DNA of 64,000 bases. Source: Octopus vulgaris (lineage: Eukaryota). How positions within the stretch are numbered: position 1 is the stretch's first letter; the number at the start of each line of letters is the position of its first letter. Below are positions 37,561-51,419 of this stretch, one piece after another. The notes beneath the pieces are model-generated. The model searched no databases, was not told the DNA's origin, and saw only the letters and a list, made by a program, of their open reading frames with translations. Made by a program: the position numbers and the translations under genes. Location: the NCBI GenBank assembly GCA_951406725.2, contig OX597823.1, forward strand, positions 50,158,001 through 50,222,000. The letters run 5' to 3'.

Positions 37561-38559
37561 AAAAGAGATAATTAAAGAGTAGTATAATTTTCTTTAAAGT
37601 ATGAAATAATAAAAACTTGCGTCTGTAAAACCAAAGGGTCAGTCGACATTTTCACAGCTGTTAGCTTATAACTAAGTCGCCCAACAATGGGCATGTAGCT
37701 TCGTCATGGCAATTGTTCGACGGTTCAGAATTTACAGGACTTGCTAAAAGTCGTCGTTAGAGTTGGAGCATAAATTCCAACAGTTTGTTGTGATTTTTTT
37801 TTTTTATCTTACTTGCCGTGTTTGGAGGAAGGCACAGTGTCTATGATCCTTGCAGACCCTCCCAGACTAGTGAACTCGATGTCGTTAATGCATTATTTAA
37901 AATGTTGCCGGTCAACACCAGTAGAAAGACATGAGCAGACAAAATATTCGAAAGTGCCGATGTTCGGAGGAGGAAGGTCTGGAAATAGTGGTTAGAGTAG
38001 AATCTGGATGGGATTACATGCAACAAGACTGATGTGTGAAGGAAAGGTGAGTGGACCGAGGATGCTTACTTAGAAAAAGCAAGAGACAAATCATGCCTGA
38101 AGAACGACAACCATTAAAGTAATAACGGTAAAAAAAGAGAAGAGAGACAACGATTGTGAGCAAGAGACTGCAGCGTCTTGGTAACTTAATGCCAGTCAGT
38201 TGAGCAGCCCTTCTTCGGATGCGATTTAGGATGCTTTGTGCGTAGCAGTAGCACTATACCAGTTGCAGGAGCAGCACTCTGTTGCTGAGAATGTTTCCTC
38301 TGCGCTGGCTGTATTTCATAACTTGTGCATTAAAACTGGTTTTCGACGGCGTATTAACCAAGCGACACGTCTGAGAAAAGCGACGATATATTGGTTAAAA
38401 TTCTCCATGGACGCAATCGTAAATCGTGGCAGGACAACTTACTTTCACTTGGGGATTTAGTTTGAGTCTTCTATTATAATTCCATTGCTACCTAGGATGT
38501 TTTATAGGAATACTAAATTGCCCCACTAATTGAATGCTGTTTTATCATTTTACCGACTC

Positions 38560-39225
38560 GGAAGGCAGAATCGTTAACATGCCGCACAAAATGCTATGCT
38601 TAGTGACATTTCTTCCGGTTCATTAAATTCTGAGTTCAAATACTGCCGAGGTCGACTGTGTCTTTCATCTCTTTCGGGGTCGATAAAATAAGTACCAGTT
38701 GAGCACTGGGGTCGATGTAGTCGACTAAGCCCTTTTCCACTCAAAATTTCGGGCCTTGTGGTTACAATAGAAAGGATTAATTTCTCGACTTAGAAAGACG
38801 AAAGGCTGTGGAGGCACATGGCCTAGTGGTTAGAGCAGCGGATTCGTGGTCGGGGGATCGCGGGTTCGAATCTCAGACCGGGTGATGTGCGTGTTTATGA
38901 ACGAAACACCTAAGCTCTACGCGGCTCCGGCAGAAGGTAATGGCGAACTTCTGCTGACTCTTTCGCCACAACTTTCTCTCTCTTTCCTCCTGCATCTTGC
39001 AGCTCACCTGCGACAGACCGACATCCCGTCCAGGTGGGGAACCTATACGCCAAGGAAACCGGCCCTTATGAGCCAGGCGTGGCTCGAGAAGGAACAAACA
39101 AAAAAGACGAAAGGCAAAGTTGGCTTCAACTGGATTTGAACTCAGATTGTAAAAAAAAGCCACAAACTGACTATCGCAGACATTTTGCCAGACGATTTAA
39201 AGATTTTGCCAGTCCACCACCTCTA
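38560..39225. mobile_element. SINE B (+), SINE C (+, 38808-39097) and SINE B head (-)
   Basis: Family motifs as in the other copies. Confidence 0.85.
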
Positions 39226-39489
39226 CTACTTTTTATATCATCGTAAAGAATTGTTTTTCGATAGACAAGCAACGATGTTTACTACACCAGTGTTATCATA
39301 GTAAATCTGGCTTGGTTGTTTGACAGACAACAATGGATGACAGTATATGTAGAGACAAGTTCAGATGGAGAAGCCAGCGAAATACCTGCAAGCCTGGTGA
39401 GACAAGTCAAAATATCAAATCTTGAGATCTTTGTTGTATATTTTTCTTTCTTTTACCATTCTTTTTATTTACTTATTTTAATTTCAATC

Positions 39490-39805
39490 TTTTATCGTTT
39501 GCTTGTTTCAGTTATTAGACAGCGGCCATACTTGAACACCACCTTGAATTTTTCTTAGTTGAACGAATCGACTCCAGTATTTAGATTTTAAAGCCTGGTG
39601 CTTATTCTGTCGTTCTTTTTTGCCGAAACGCTAAGTTACTAGAGACGTTAACACACCAATACCAGTTGTCAAGCGGTGGTGGGGGGGACAAATACACACA
39701 CATATGTACTTCTTTCCGTCTACCAAATCCACTCACAAAGCTTTGGTTGGTCCGAGGTTATAATAGAAAACATTTGCTCAAGGTACCACGCAGTGGGGCT
39801 GAACT
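39490..39805 (-). mobile_element. SINE A
   Basis: cttgtttcagttattagacagcggcc...aaggtaccacgcagtggggctgaac. Confidence 0.85.
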
Positions 39806-40463
39806 ATTGGAGGTTTTTTTTTCCTTTTAGCTAAACTTGGCAAATACCGTATCATTTCGATAACGCATTATTTGAAGCATGATTTAAGTCGGCAGAGAAT
39901 AAACACATGTGGCAGATACAAATTTAAATCCCACCCAATCTACTGGCATTAAGTCCATTCCTGCTTCAATTAGTTAATCTAAGGAATTAGTCTACCGTTT
40001 TTCGGCTTTGAAGATGAGCTTACGTGGGAAAACTACCAGGAAAGATTCAGTGAGATAAATTTTGTATAATGAGTGTGCGTGTCAGAGAGAGAGCGAGAGA
40101 GAAAGAATATAGACAAATAAATAAACATGAAAATAAAATAACACACTGAAAAGAAAGCCAGAAGATAAATATAATTGCAGATCACGAGCTTGTAAGAGCT
40201 ACCTCAATTTTTTTTGTAGGCCCTTCCTTGCGGGAAAAGAAAAAAACGAAACAAACTTATTTTCGCCAAATCTTCATTGCCTTGCAAATAATCAGGTTAT
40301 TTTGAAAGCTTGATTCAAATCGTACTGAAGTCTCACTATTTCTCTAAAAAAAAAAAAAAATCTGGACCCTGTTATTATTAAAGCTAAAACGCACCCCTAT
40401 TGTTTCAGTTGAATAATTCTAAAGTAATCGTGAATTAAGGCTGGTTTCACAAAACAATTATAA

Positions 40464-40611
40464 CAGGCATGGACGACCTTTTTCGAGAAACGGGACATAT
40501 GAGGCCTGTTTCATCATCAGGAGGCCCGCACTACTAAATATAAAAATTAGATAATTTTTCATTAAGTGTGCCATTCGGAAAGTTCCGCGGGCCGCAATTT
40601 GCTCATGACTG
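40464..40611. mobile_element. hAT MITE
   Basis: TIR caggcatgg / tcatgactg. 8-bp TSD aattataa / aactataa (one mismatch). Confidence 0.7.
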
Positions 40612-40769
40612 AACTATAACTTCATTTATTGACATATTAAAAGTGTCGTTTCGCACACAACAAAAGAGTTTGTTAGTGAATCCTTGTCACATTATTTAAA
40701 TCTTGTTTATGAAATTACTTATGAGCCAATATTATGTGGCTTACTAATTAAATGCTCGTTATTATAGTT

Positions 40770-41020
40770 ATGGTGCGTGGCTTAGTAGTTAGAATATTCG
40801 GCTCACAATCGTAAGGCCGTGAGTTCAATTTCTAGCGGTTCGTTGTGTCCTTGAGCAAAACACTTTATTTCACGTCGTTCCAGTCCATTTAGCTGACAAA
40901 AATGAGTTGTACCTGTAATTCAAAGGGCCAGCCTTGCCACACTCTGTGTCCCGTTGATTCTCCCTGAGTACTATGTTAAGGGTACGTGTGTCGGTGGAGT
41001 GCTCAGCTGCTTGCACGTTA
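40770..41020 (+). mobile_element. SINE C-like
   Basis: ggtgcgtggcttagtagttag...gagttcaatt...ttgagcaaaacactttatttcac. Confidence 0.8.
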
Positions 41021-41323
41021 ATCGAATCAATTGGAATACTTGTCATAACCGAGGAGAGTCGGTTAAAGTTATATTTATGGCATAAATGCTCTAATTTCAT
41101 CATTTTTTTGGTTTGTTTTATTCACTTCTTTTATGATTTTACAAAACTATTCGTACCAGCCGCAGCCACGGACGTCGTTATAATCCGGAATAAACAGAAA
41201 CAAATAATCAATAGATTAGAGACATGAAGATGACTTATTGGATCTGGCTTCAGAAAAATTTGGAAGAGAAAGTTTATAAAAGGTCTTCACTTCATTGTCT
41301 TTCTATAAAGGATTGCTGTCCGA

Positions 41324-41534
41324 TATTGGTTTCACATTTTGGCACAAGGCCAGCAATCTGAGGGAGAGGTAAGTCGATTACATTGAGCCCGGTGTTCAAT
41401 TGACGTTTATCGAACGCGAAAGGATGAAAGGTAAAGTCGACCTCGGCGGAATTTGAACTCAGAACGTAGCGGCAGACGAAATACCGCTAAGCATTTTGTC
41501 CAGCGTACTAACGATTCTGCCAGCTCGCCGCCTT
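41324..41534 (-). mobile_element. SINE B with TSD
   Basis: attgctgtccga at 41312-41323 and attgctgtctga at 41535-41546. Confidence 0.95.
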
Positions 41535-41829
41535 ATTGCTGTCTGACGTTGCTAACAAATTCGAAAATTGAAATAACAGGTTAAAAGTGAACCACGTAAC
41601 TTATAAACAACTGTGTAGGGCATGTCTTCTCTAAGACGCCATTGTGTTGGAATGATGATGGTGTGAAAAGTTTCAACATGAATGACATATTGTTTGCATA
41701 TACCAATTAAAAAAATATATATATATATATACACACATGCACGCACTGTACTGTAAATTAATATATTTATAAAGATCTGTGTTACTGCTGTTCACCTGCA
41801 AAGGGATTATTTACTTCTCTAAGTTAAAG

Positions 41830-42036
41830 CAGTGATTCTCAACCATTTTAACTATGGACCCCATTGATTCCTAATTTACTCGAGTGGACCTTCAAAGCCA
41901 TTTGATGTTTAAAAAATCCTATTATATTCTTATAATTAAATATCATTAGGAATTGTATAAAATAAAATTGTTAAAATATTTTGCACACACAAACTTTAAC
42001 GACAAAATTTTACATGACACTGGTTGAGAACTACCG
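41830..42036. mobile_element. hAT MITE
   Basis: TIR cagtgattctcaacc / ggttgagaactaccg. Perfect 8-bp TSD agttaaag (41822-41829 and 42037-42044). Confidence 0.9.
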
Positions 42037-42832
42037 AGTTAAAGAAACATTAAGGTCTTATGGATGTGTCTTACCTTGATGATTGCCGGCTTCAAACTAA
42101 TGAAATGCAGTAGAAATGGTGCAGGAGGAAGTAAAGTTTGGTGAGCAATCGACCGCTACCTTTGTTTACGTGAGTATAGCCAAGTGTTGTATTTAAATTT
42201 TCTGCCTGAATGCGTTTTTTTTTTATATGAAGCAATATTGAGATATGTGTTGTTACTTTGAAAGGTAACAATGAATATCAATATTGTTTGGAGGCAATTT
42301 TGCAGGAAATATGTTTACTATTCTTTGTTTGGAGCATTACAGCATCCGGATCACCACTTGCCCAAACCCTGGCCATATGTTTATAAACAGCAGGCTGATT
42401 TGCTAGGACATTTTGAAGGAATGAAGGAAATAAGTGCACTTTACAAGCCGTCTAAACCGGTTTCTCGTGAAAGCGGAGCGGTTGGATTTTTGCCATGTTT
42501 AATAACATTTAGATGGTTTTAAACTTTTATAACTTGTCTAACTCCATAGTGAAGAAAGAATTCTTTCCATGCAAACTATATTTTGTCTTTTCGTTAACAA
42601 TGGGCAAGGGAGTAAAAAAAAACCCCAATAAATGGAGGTGGGACTGGGATTTCCCAGTTTGAGAACCAGTGATGTAAACCGTATATATAAAGTAGAATAG
42701 AACACAGGCAGTAACCGATAAGGGAGTGTATCAGCCATAGTTTCTGTCAGATATGGAAAGTGAAGGAGCACCACTATTAGGAAATAATAAATTGCAGAAA
42801 TGTAGTTCTGTATTATTACAAGTACAATACCA

Positions 42833-43093
42833 GGATCTTATCACTTAACCGGAACTTCTCGTTGACAAACAACAGCAGTAATTGTATTCACCTCAATAGA
42901 CGTCATTGAATGGTTGAAATTGCCGAAATACGAGAAATTTAACAACAAATAGCTTACAAACTACAAAATTTTCTCAAGAACGCCAAGAGAAAAAGATGTC
43001 TTATGTGACACATTCTACCAGTAAACGAAGTTTAAAAGTGTTTAGTTACAAAAAACTATTTTTTAAAATCTGCCGGTCAAAGTGAAAAAATCC
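42833..43093. mobile_element. MITE with GG...CC ends and an 8-bp TSD (Merlin-like)
   Basis: TIR ggatcttatcacttaaccgg / ccggtcaaagtgaaaaaatcc. TSD caatacca (42825-42832 and 43094-43101). Confidence 0.8.
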
Positions 43094-43281
43094 CAATACC
43101 AGCCAGACGAAATATCTGGTAAGCTTGGGACCGGAAGTGATCCGAATTTCTGGATCTTCCAGTTTTCTGGCGACAGCCTACATATAAACTTAAGATATAA
43201 AATACACCATGAAAAGTAAAGAACTAAACTAGATTTAATAGATCCAAATTAATACGCTTCTGAAGCAGGGTCTGTTTGATA

Positions 43282-43691
43282 CTCTTACTCTTTTACTTGT
43301 TTCAGTCATTTGACTGCGGCCATGCTGGAGCACCACCTTTAATCGAGCAACTCGACCCCGGGACTTATTCTTTGTAAGCCCAGTACTTATTCTATCGGTC
43401 TCTTTGCCGAACCGCTAAGTTACGGGGACATAAACACACCAGCATCGGCTGTCAAGCGATGTTGGGGGGACAAACACAGATATACAAACTCACACACACA
43501 CATACACACATATATATATACATATATACGACGGGCTTCTTTCAGTTTCCAACTACCAAATCCACTCACAAGGCTTTGGTCGGCCCAAGGCTATAGTAGA
43601 AGACACTTGCCCAAGGTGCCACGCAGTGGGACTGAACCCGGAACCATGTGGTTGGTAAACAAGCTACTTACCACACAGCCACTCCTGCGCC
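43282..43691 (-). mobile_element. SINE A, full length, young
   Basis: Complete head GGCGCAGGAGTGGCTGTGTGGTAAG through tail GAAACAAGTAAAAGAGTAAGAG. Confidence 0.95.
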
Positions 43692-44749
43692 TATGTTATT
43701 AATCTATTAAAAATTCTTAAAATATATAATACTGTAGTATCATGTATAAAGTATAACGTTTACAGGATGAAAAGTGAAGACCATGATTTTATTAAGCAGA
43801 ATCAGGAACAGATTAATACATTTTGAAAACAAAGTATATTTCATTTTTATCAATCAAAAAAGAACAAAACTTAATTTAGCACACCGTATGCAAATTCTGT
43901 TCACTCAATACAGGGTAGAGCATATCGCTGTTTTTTTTTTTTCTTTGGTAATAAGAGGTCTTGTACCGTAGTAGGTCTAGATGCCTATCTGGGAAACAGT
44001 GAGTTGTCTGAGACACATATAAATGAAAACAGCTTTCTGCAGCAACTTTTGCGATACTTGATGCAACGATAAGAAGTAAATGGTTACGTATATTAACCGA
44101 AATATTAATTGAATGAAATAAATAAAGGTAACTCGACCCAGCATGAGAAGCTTTATGCGGGTCTTTCTAGTAACCAAATTCTCTCAAATCACATCCTATA
44201 TCTTAAAAGAGAGAGAGAGAGGAAAAAAATTGTCATGGCTTGTTTGCTGAATCAAGGATTGCCCGGGGCTAACAAGAGCAACGAACCTTCGAGAGAGGAA
44301 GTTGTAATTGGGCACTCCACCTGTTAGAAACATCAGCCAGATCTCTCTCAGAATATAATGTACCATCTTTCAAAAAGGAAAGACACTCTGAATAAAGTAG
44401 CCTAAGGTTGAAACGATGGTAAACATAATTGAATACCAAAGATTTATGGATTTCCCAATCAAGATTATTGGACTAGACAACAACAGCAACCACAACAATG
44501 GTATATGAAAGGCAGTGGGAAATAGCAGTCCATTGATGGGTGTATCCCCACTTTATGCTCGAAGTGTTCTATCATATCACTGACTCGTTAGCGCGGCCGC
44601 GATAACTTGACGCTTCTCGGGTTCTGAGTCAGTCTTAATCAATACAGTTACGTCAGTGGAATGAAGCAACGTGAAGTACAGTGCGCCCAGGAATCCAACC
44701 ACCGACCTAATGATCGAGCACCAAGTTGCCTAACCACTAGACTACAGGT

Positions 44750-45090
44750 CTTCCCCGGGTTCAGTCAGAATGCGTGGCACCTCGGACAAGTGCATTCTTC
44801 TATAGCATCGGGCCGAGCAAAGAAAGCCTTGCGAGTGATTTTGATAGACGAAAACTAAAAGAAGCCCGTCGCATGTACGTATGTATGCCTTTGTGCTTGT
44901 TCCCCATCCACCGACTGATAACTGGAGTTGTTTGTTTACATCCCCGTAACTAAGCAGTTTGGCACAAGAGACCGATAGAATAATTGCCCGGCTTTAAAAA
45001 ATACTGAGGTAGATTCGTTCGGCTAAACTCCTTCAAGGCGGTGCTCCAGCACGGCCGCAGTTCAACGATTGAAACGAATAGAAAGTAAAG
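44750..45090 (+). mobile_element. SINE A (5'-truncated), next to an inverted C-like head at ~44650-44745
   Basis: ccgggttcagtcagaatgcgtggcacc...ctccagcacggccgcag. Confidence 0.85.
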
Positions 45091-45416
45091 GAAAACGCCA
45101 AGAATGTGTTGATACCATGATACCAAAGAGAAAATGCTTTATATGTCCAAATATGGTCAAAATACAAAGATGATGGCTTTAAGTCATATCTTACCGTTTG
45201 GAATCTCGGACTTACTCTAATTATAATTAGCGTAAATCTCTGTTTCAATTTATTATTCATATTGTTCATGAAACTAATACATGAAATGTTTATGAAACGA
45301 ATACATTTCTGTATGGCATAATTATCCAGAATTGTGCACTCTTGTCTATTCAAGAGAATGACATAGGCGCATTGAGATGTACTTTAATTTACATCGAGGA
45401 GAATTCGTTAAGGTGT

Positions 45417-45798
45417 GGAAGCACTCCGTCGGTTACGACGACGAGGGTTCCGGTTGATCCGATCAACGGAACAGCCTGCTCGTGAAATTAACGTGTAAGT
45501 GGCTGAGCACTCCACAGACACGTGTACCCTTAACGCAGTTCTCGGGGATATTCAGCGTGACACAGAGAGTGACAAGGCCGGCCCTTTGAAATACAGGTAC
45601 AACAGAAACAGGAATTAAGAGTGAGAGAAAGTTGTGGTGAAAGAGTACAGCAGGGATCACCACCATCCCTGCCGGAGCCTTGTGGAGCTTTAGGTGTTTT
45701 CGCTCAATAAACACTCACAACGCCCGGTCTGGGAATCGAAACCGCGATCCTACGACCGCGAGTCCGCTGCCCTAACCACTGGGCCATTGCGCCTCCAC
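45417..45798 (-). mobile_element. SINE C, full length, with a 12-bp TSD
   Basis: tcgttaaggtgt at 45405-45416 and 45799-45810. Head GGAGGCGCAATGGCCCAGTGG. Confidence 0.95.
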
Positions 45799-46008
45799 TC
45801 GTTAAGGTGTAAATGGCACCTAAAAATATTTTTTCTGGTTATATACTTTGTCAATATATGATGGCAAGTTCCCTGCATATTTTTTTTTTTGTTTTTAGAA
45901 ATAATGGCATTATAGTTTATTGCTATTAGACATAAATTTAGAACTTTTTAAGAATTCATAAACTTCTGCAGACCATGAAATAATTAATGTTGTATCTGGA
46001 AGCAGATA

Positions 46009-46951
46009 AGGTATAAGTGATAGCGTGTAAATATTGCGTTAAAAAACCCCAGAAAAACCCCTCAGATAGAAAGAGTCAAAAGCTGCCCGTATGACTCGAA
46101 TCCACATCACATGTAAGCATGACAAGCTTTCAATCATTAGATGTGGATTCGAAGGCAAGACTTCCTTTTGTACCCCCCTCACTACCACCACAAACACCCC
46201 CTTTTTAATTAAATTTTTTTTTTTCTACATAAACCCCCGTTTTCGGCTACGGAGAATACGAATCAGCCAAAAATATTGGCAAAAAATGGCATTTTTGAAA
46301 TTAACACTCCCCCCACCCCCACCCAAATTTCTTCTTTTTTTTTTGTATCAAAATATGCGGAAAAATACGGAGATTATGATTCTGAAAAAATTTTTTTTTT
46401 ATTTTTGTACTTAGGGTTTGAGTTTTAGGGTTAGCGTTACGATTAGGTTTAGGGTGTTAGGGTTAGGGAAAAAGTGAAAAATGAAGAAATTGGGGAAGGG
46501 TGAAGGAGGAAAGGGGGGTGCAGAAATTTCAAAATGCCGATTTTTGGCAATTTTCCAGAATCTCCGTATCCGAAAACGGGGGTTTCTGGAAAAGAAAAAT
46601 AAATAAATAAAATTGGGAGAAAATGAGGGTGGAGAGGAAGTCATTCCGATTCGAATCTCACGAGCAGCATTTTCTACCAAAACGGGTTTCTTAACCCAAT
46701 ATTTATTTACACGCTACATGGCATCGAGCTGACAGAATCATTAGCACGTCACGCAAAATGCTTAGCGGCCATTTCGTTCCGAGTTCAAATTCCGCCGAGG
46801 TCAACTTTGCCTTTCATCCTTTCGGGGTCGACAAAACAAGTACCAGTTGAGCACTGGTGGGGGTCCACGTAATAGACTTACCTGCTATCCTGAAATTGCT
46901 AGCCTTGTGCCCAAAATTAAAACCAATATTTACACGCTATTATTTATAGCT
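46009..46951. mobile_element. Foldback DNA element with a TTAGGG-like core; SINE B inserted in its right terminus (~46717-46927)
   Basis: Outer tagcgtgtaaatattgcgttaaaaaaccc / gggtttcttaacccaatatt..ttacacgcta. Inner aaacccccgttttcggctacggaga / tctccgtatccgaaaacgggggttt. tttacacgcta is duplicated on both sides of the SINE. Confidence 0.8.
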
Positions 46952-47685
46952 GTAAATTATGAATTTAGAATTTTGAAGCAGCGGATACTCAACATAACGT
47001 CCAACAAATATGCATAGCAGACGTCGATGTTATACCCCCAACTCTACACGCTAATGTTCTATATTTAGCGAATAGCGTTTAATATTTATGTCTGTGAACG
47101 AATCCACGCCATAATTAGTGAATCTGCAGCAGAAGGTTCAGTTATTTTCACCTTTATTTTCAATCTCACTCGCTGAGGAAGAGGAACTGGGTTCGATATT
47201 TGTTTTGCATCACACAAATTAAAGTCCTTTTAAAGTCATATCTTCAAAAATTTATTGCATTTAGTCTAAGGTGTACTATATTTATAACTGGCTTTAATTT
47301 TTGTCGAGATTCTTTTTTCTCTATTTACATATGCCCCAGTTTTGTGCGCTATATATATTACATTAATATATATATATATATATGTTGACGTCATTAGAAT
47401 TTATGAACTTCGAGAGAGATAGGGTGAAATAATACCTTTTTGTTTTGAAACGCGTAACTCGAAGCAGGTAAAGCTATAAATAGTAGCGTGTAAAACATTT
47501 TGAGTTAAAAACTCCTTTCGATAGAATAAATCGAAGGCTACCCATGCAACACGAACTCAGACCTTGTGTATCGAGATGTACCCTAAATTTATATCTTCAG
47601 AGTTTTCTCTGTCTGTCGGTTTGTTTATGTACCTATCACATACGTACGTGCATACACACTTGCATGCATGCAGACATACATACAC

Positions 47686-47730
<45 letters not shown>

Positions 47731-49567
47731 CTCAAATACATAAACATGAAAGGAAGTTGGTGTACAGAGAGGAAACAACGAGAAATGGAGACAGATCGAA
47801 GGGGCGAGCGAAAGTGAGAGTTTGCAGAATGGCTAAGAGCAGGTGGTTCCGTGCACTTTGCTGCTTATTACTAAACACGATTACAACTGAAATTTGCTAA
47901 GCAATATTTACAATGATATGTCTGTGTAGAAAGACCGACGAGTGACATGTCGTGGGACAATGCTAGAAACTGTTATTTAACGTACATGAAAGTCGATCAT
48001 TTACTAACTACTGTGATTTTTACCAAGAGTTCAACCATCTCTGGGTAGAGGTACTATAAGGGTGATAAAATCGATGACTAAAAGTGGATATAAAAAGCCG
48101 AAGTTGTGAGCGTCTAACCAAATAGAATCAATATTTCTGTTACTATTGAAGTGAGAACTGTTGCAGTAGAAGGCACATAAACTTCTTAGGTTTCAAGAAG
48201 CTGGTCTAGTTTCGTTTCCTAGTTGACACAGATTAATTTCACATATATTGCCAGGATATTGGATGTCATAATGTCCTATTTTCCCTTATTATGAGATGTA
48301 ACATTTCAACCAGATAATAATAATAATAACAATAAATAAAAGATCTCTATGCGGTCTCTCGATCTGCTAGAAATGGCAGCCAAATCCCCAGGGGTGAGCG
48401 CAATGCTTGGCAAAATAAGGCGAAGTGAGCAGAAACGAAGGTTACAGCTGCAATACTTTTGAAGTTTTGATGATACGTCTGCTCAAGGAGTGCTGGCATA
48501 ACAACAACAGCAGCAGCAACAACAATGGCAATAATGTCAAACAGTCGAGAAGCAGAGGTTCGCATCCTGTCGCCAGAGTCCAAGTTACTTAACCGTTACC
48601 GGCTGACACCACTTGTCTCTAAGACAGAAGATGGATTGTAAAATTGACGAGAATTCAGTTAGTAGGGTTGTAACTATGAGTTCATATACCCTGGTAAGGG
48701 AATTATTCGCCAGCAAGTGGGTATTTATGATCAACTGAATAGAAAACAACTCAGGATAACCACGGAGATAACCACCCGGCGAGCGACCCAGTAAACTACG
48801 GATATCTGTATCGTGAGAGTCATGGGTGGAAAACGTTTTTTTTCTGCACGCGTACACACACACACACACTATTATATTTAGGGGCAAATATATTTGACAT
48901 GTAGTGACCGAGGAGGTGAAGAAATTGAGATCTAATGTTTTTACTTTGCCCTGAAGTATTAATGGAAGTAAGAGAACTAAATGCAAATAAGAATTGAACG
49001 CGTGAGACAAACTTGGTTTGCAGAGAATGTGCAAAGCTGTTCGTCTTACATTTTACAACGTCTTAGAGGGAAAGGATGCTATGTAATATATATGTAGTCG
49101 GTCATAACTCTAAAGGGGGGGTGATGATGGTTGGTATACTGTTGATCATAGATTTTTTAAATCAGGGTTGACCTGAAGCTAATTAACAACAGCTGAACTC
49201 TATAGGTGCATACTGAGAGAGAGAGAGAGAGAGAGAGAGTGAGATAGAGACAGACAGAATACTGAGTTCATACAGAAATCGAATTCATACACCGAGGTTA
49301 ATGACCAAGTGGATTGCAAGTCAATAACGGAACCTTTGCAAAGTCGCTCGTTCTGCTAGAAATTGCAGTCAAATCTCCCTCATACCGCAAACACCCTACA
49401 TACAGTCTTTGAAAATGACATGCTGAACAGTGTTTTCTTGGATTCCTTTCACAAAGGAAAAGTACAGAATGGTAATGGTCACAGCTGGAATGATTCTATG
49501 TATCACAGGTGTCTGCTCACCCATAGCTAAATAACAACAACACCATGTAGATTATCATCATGCTTTG

Positions 49568-49568
<1 letters not shown>

Positions 49569-49633
<65 letters not shown>
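49569..49633. repeat. (CT)n microsatellite
   Basis: Visible directly. Confidence 0.95.
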
Positions 49634-49635
<2 letters not shown>

Positions 49636-50112
49636 ACTCTCGGCCTTATATGAATGTCTTTGATCATCGGCGCCCTAAATCGGAGTTGAACTCAGGTTAA
49701 GCAACAACCAAAATACATACAAGCATACATACAAGAAAAGAGAGCGCGACGGTCAGAAAGAAAAAGATCGCGGAAGAGAGAGAAACGCAAACCTTGTAAG
49801 TTCATACAGGTGTTTAAAAATCTTAAAAAAAAAAAAAAAAAACCCACATCAACGGAACATGCTACTATTCAGAATTCAGCCAAAAGGTAGCACTAAGCAA
49901 ACCTGATGAAATTTTGTTTTTTCTGTACAACAACAGCCTCTCCAGATATGTGATGAATTTGTTTATTAAAAATAAATATTTCAATACTGTAATCTCATAT
50001 GCAGCGTAATTCGTTTAGCATATCGCATAAATATTTGTTTCTAATTACTTCAGCGAATTAATGGAAAATAATCTCAACTATAAGTTATAATTAAAATAAT
50101 ATAATTTTTTTA

Positions 50113-50228
50113 ATGTATGTATGTATGTATGTATGTATGTATGTATGTACTTAAATAGCGATTAGATGGAGTTTAAATTGGTCTCTTGCTCTATACATAC
50201 ATACATACATACATACATACATACATAC
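50113..50228. repeat. (ATGT)n followed by (ATAC)n
   Basis: Visible directly. Confidence 0.95.
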
Positions 50229-51385
50229 AAGCATGCATATGTGCGTTGTATGCGTGTATTTATGTATGTGTGTCTGTATGTCTTTCAGTCTGTGCGTATA
50301 TATATATATATATATATACACACACAACCGAAATATTGCATACACGCACAATCAACACAAGCACACGTGTATGTGTGTATAAGTTTCACTAATAAATTAA
50401 TATATGATGTGCGTGTGTGTGCTTGTGTATGTGTGTTCGCGCGCGCCTATAGGTCGAACAATGAAGTCATGTCTGAGTCGAAATTAAAACGTACACGATA
50501 TACATTTAAACAGAAGATTTTGTCTTGCTCATGAAAATTCGGCCATGGTTAATGCTTTCCTGTTCATATTGTTAGAAATATTATACAATATGAAATATGC
50601 ATATGGCTAGAAAGTATATGTTTGTATCTGTATGTGTGCACGCATGTACATATGAATCAACATAAGTGTTTGCCTCTGTGTGTGTGTGTGTGTGTGTAAT
50701 TTATTCATTTTTATGCTTGTATACACAGATACATGTACGTACACACGATGAATCATCATGTATTTCTATACATAAATACACACTGCGTGTTTGTATTAAA
50801 AATTCGGTTGCATATACAACAGGAAAACGTATTTTTTTTCTCTCTCCATAGAATATAAATGTGCGTGTGCTTACACACACACACACGCACACATACACAC
50901 ACACAAACACACACACATTGTGGAGGGGGTACGTGTGAGTCTATGTATGTATTTATGTGTGTGTGTGTGTGTGTTGCCGTGTAATGTGTGTGCCTGTGTG
51001 TGTGTTGATTTGATATAATATGTTCTAAGTGTATATATAAACAAAAGCGAGCGTGATGAGCGACTATCAACATACCTTAGCAGAAGTCGGCTGCTAGACT
51101 TTTCAGTATATAAACACAGGCAAACATGTTTTATGTATGACTTGAAACATTTTAAGCATGGTATACATATTGACGGACGATCAAGAAGCTTTTGTTCCCT
51201 TTACAATGAAAACATTAAAGCTTGTAATATAAATGTACAAAACCATTAATGTTTCTGTTGTATTATCTCATTTCATGCGATCTACATATGTATAATTTAC
51301 AATTTTCTTTTCAACTGCTGTTTCTTCCACTCTACTTTTCTGCTAATACACTTTCAAATATATAGTTCACTACTAGCATTATTGC

Positions 51386-51419
<34 letters not shown>

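Noticed and set aside
45720-45798. tRNA-like sequences (also at 11400-11468, 26919 and 38808)
   Set aside because: These are SINE heads that continue into repeat bodies, some with TSDs, not tRNA genes.
46411-46468. True telomere or chromosome-fusion site
   Set aside because: Short, degenerate, single orientation, and embedded in a foldback element.
48585-49034. 149-aa minus-strand ORF
   Set aside because: No recognisable domain, spans a CA repeat, and has no convincing splice sites.
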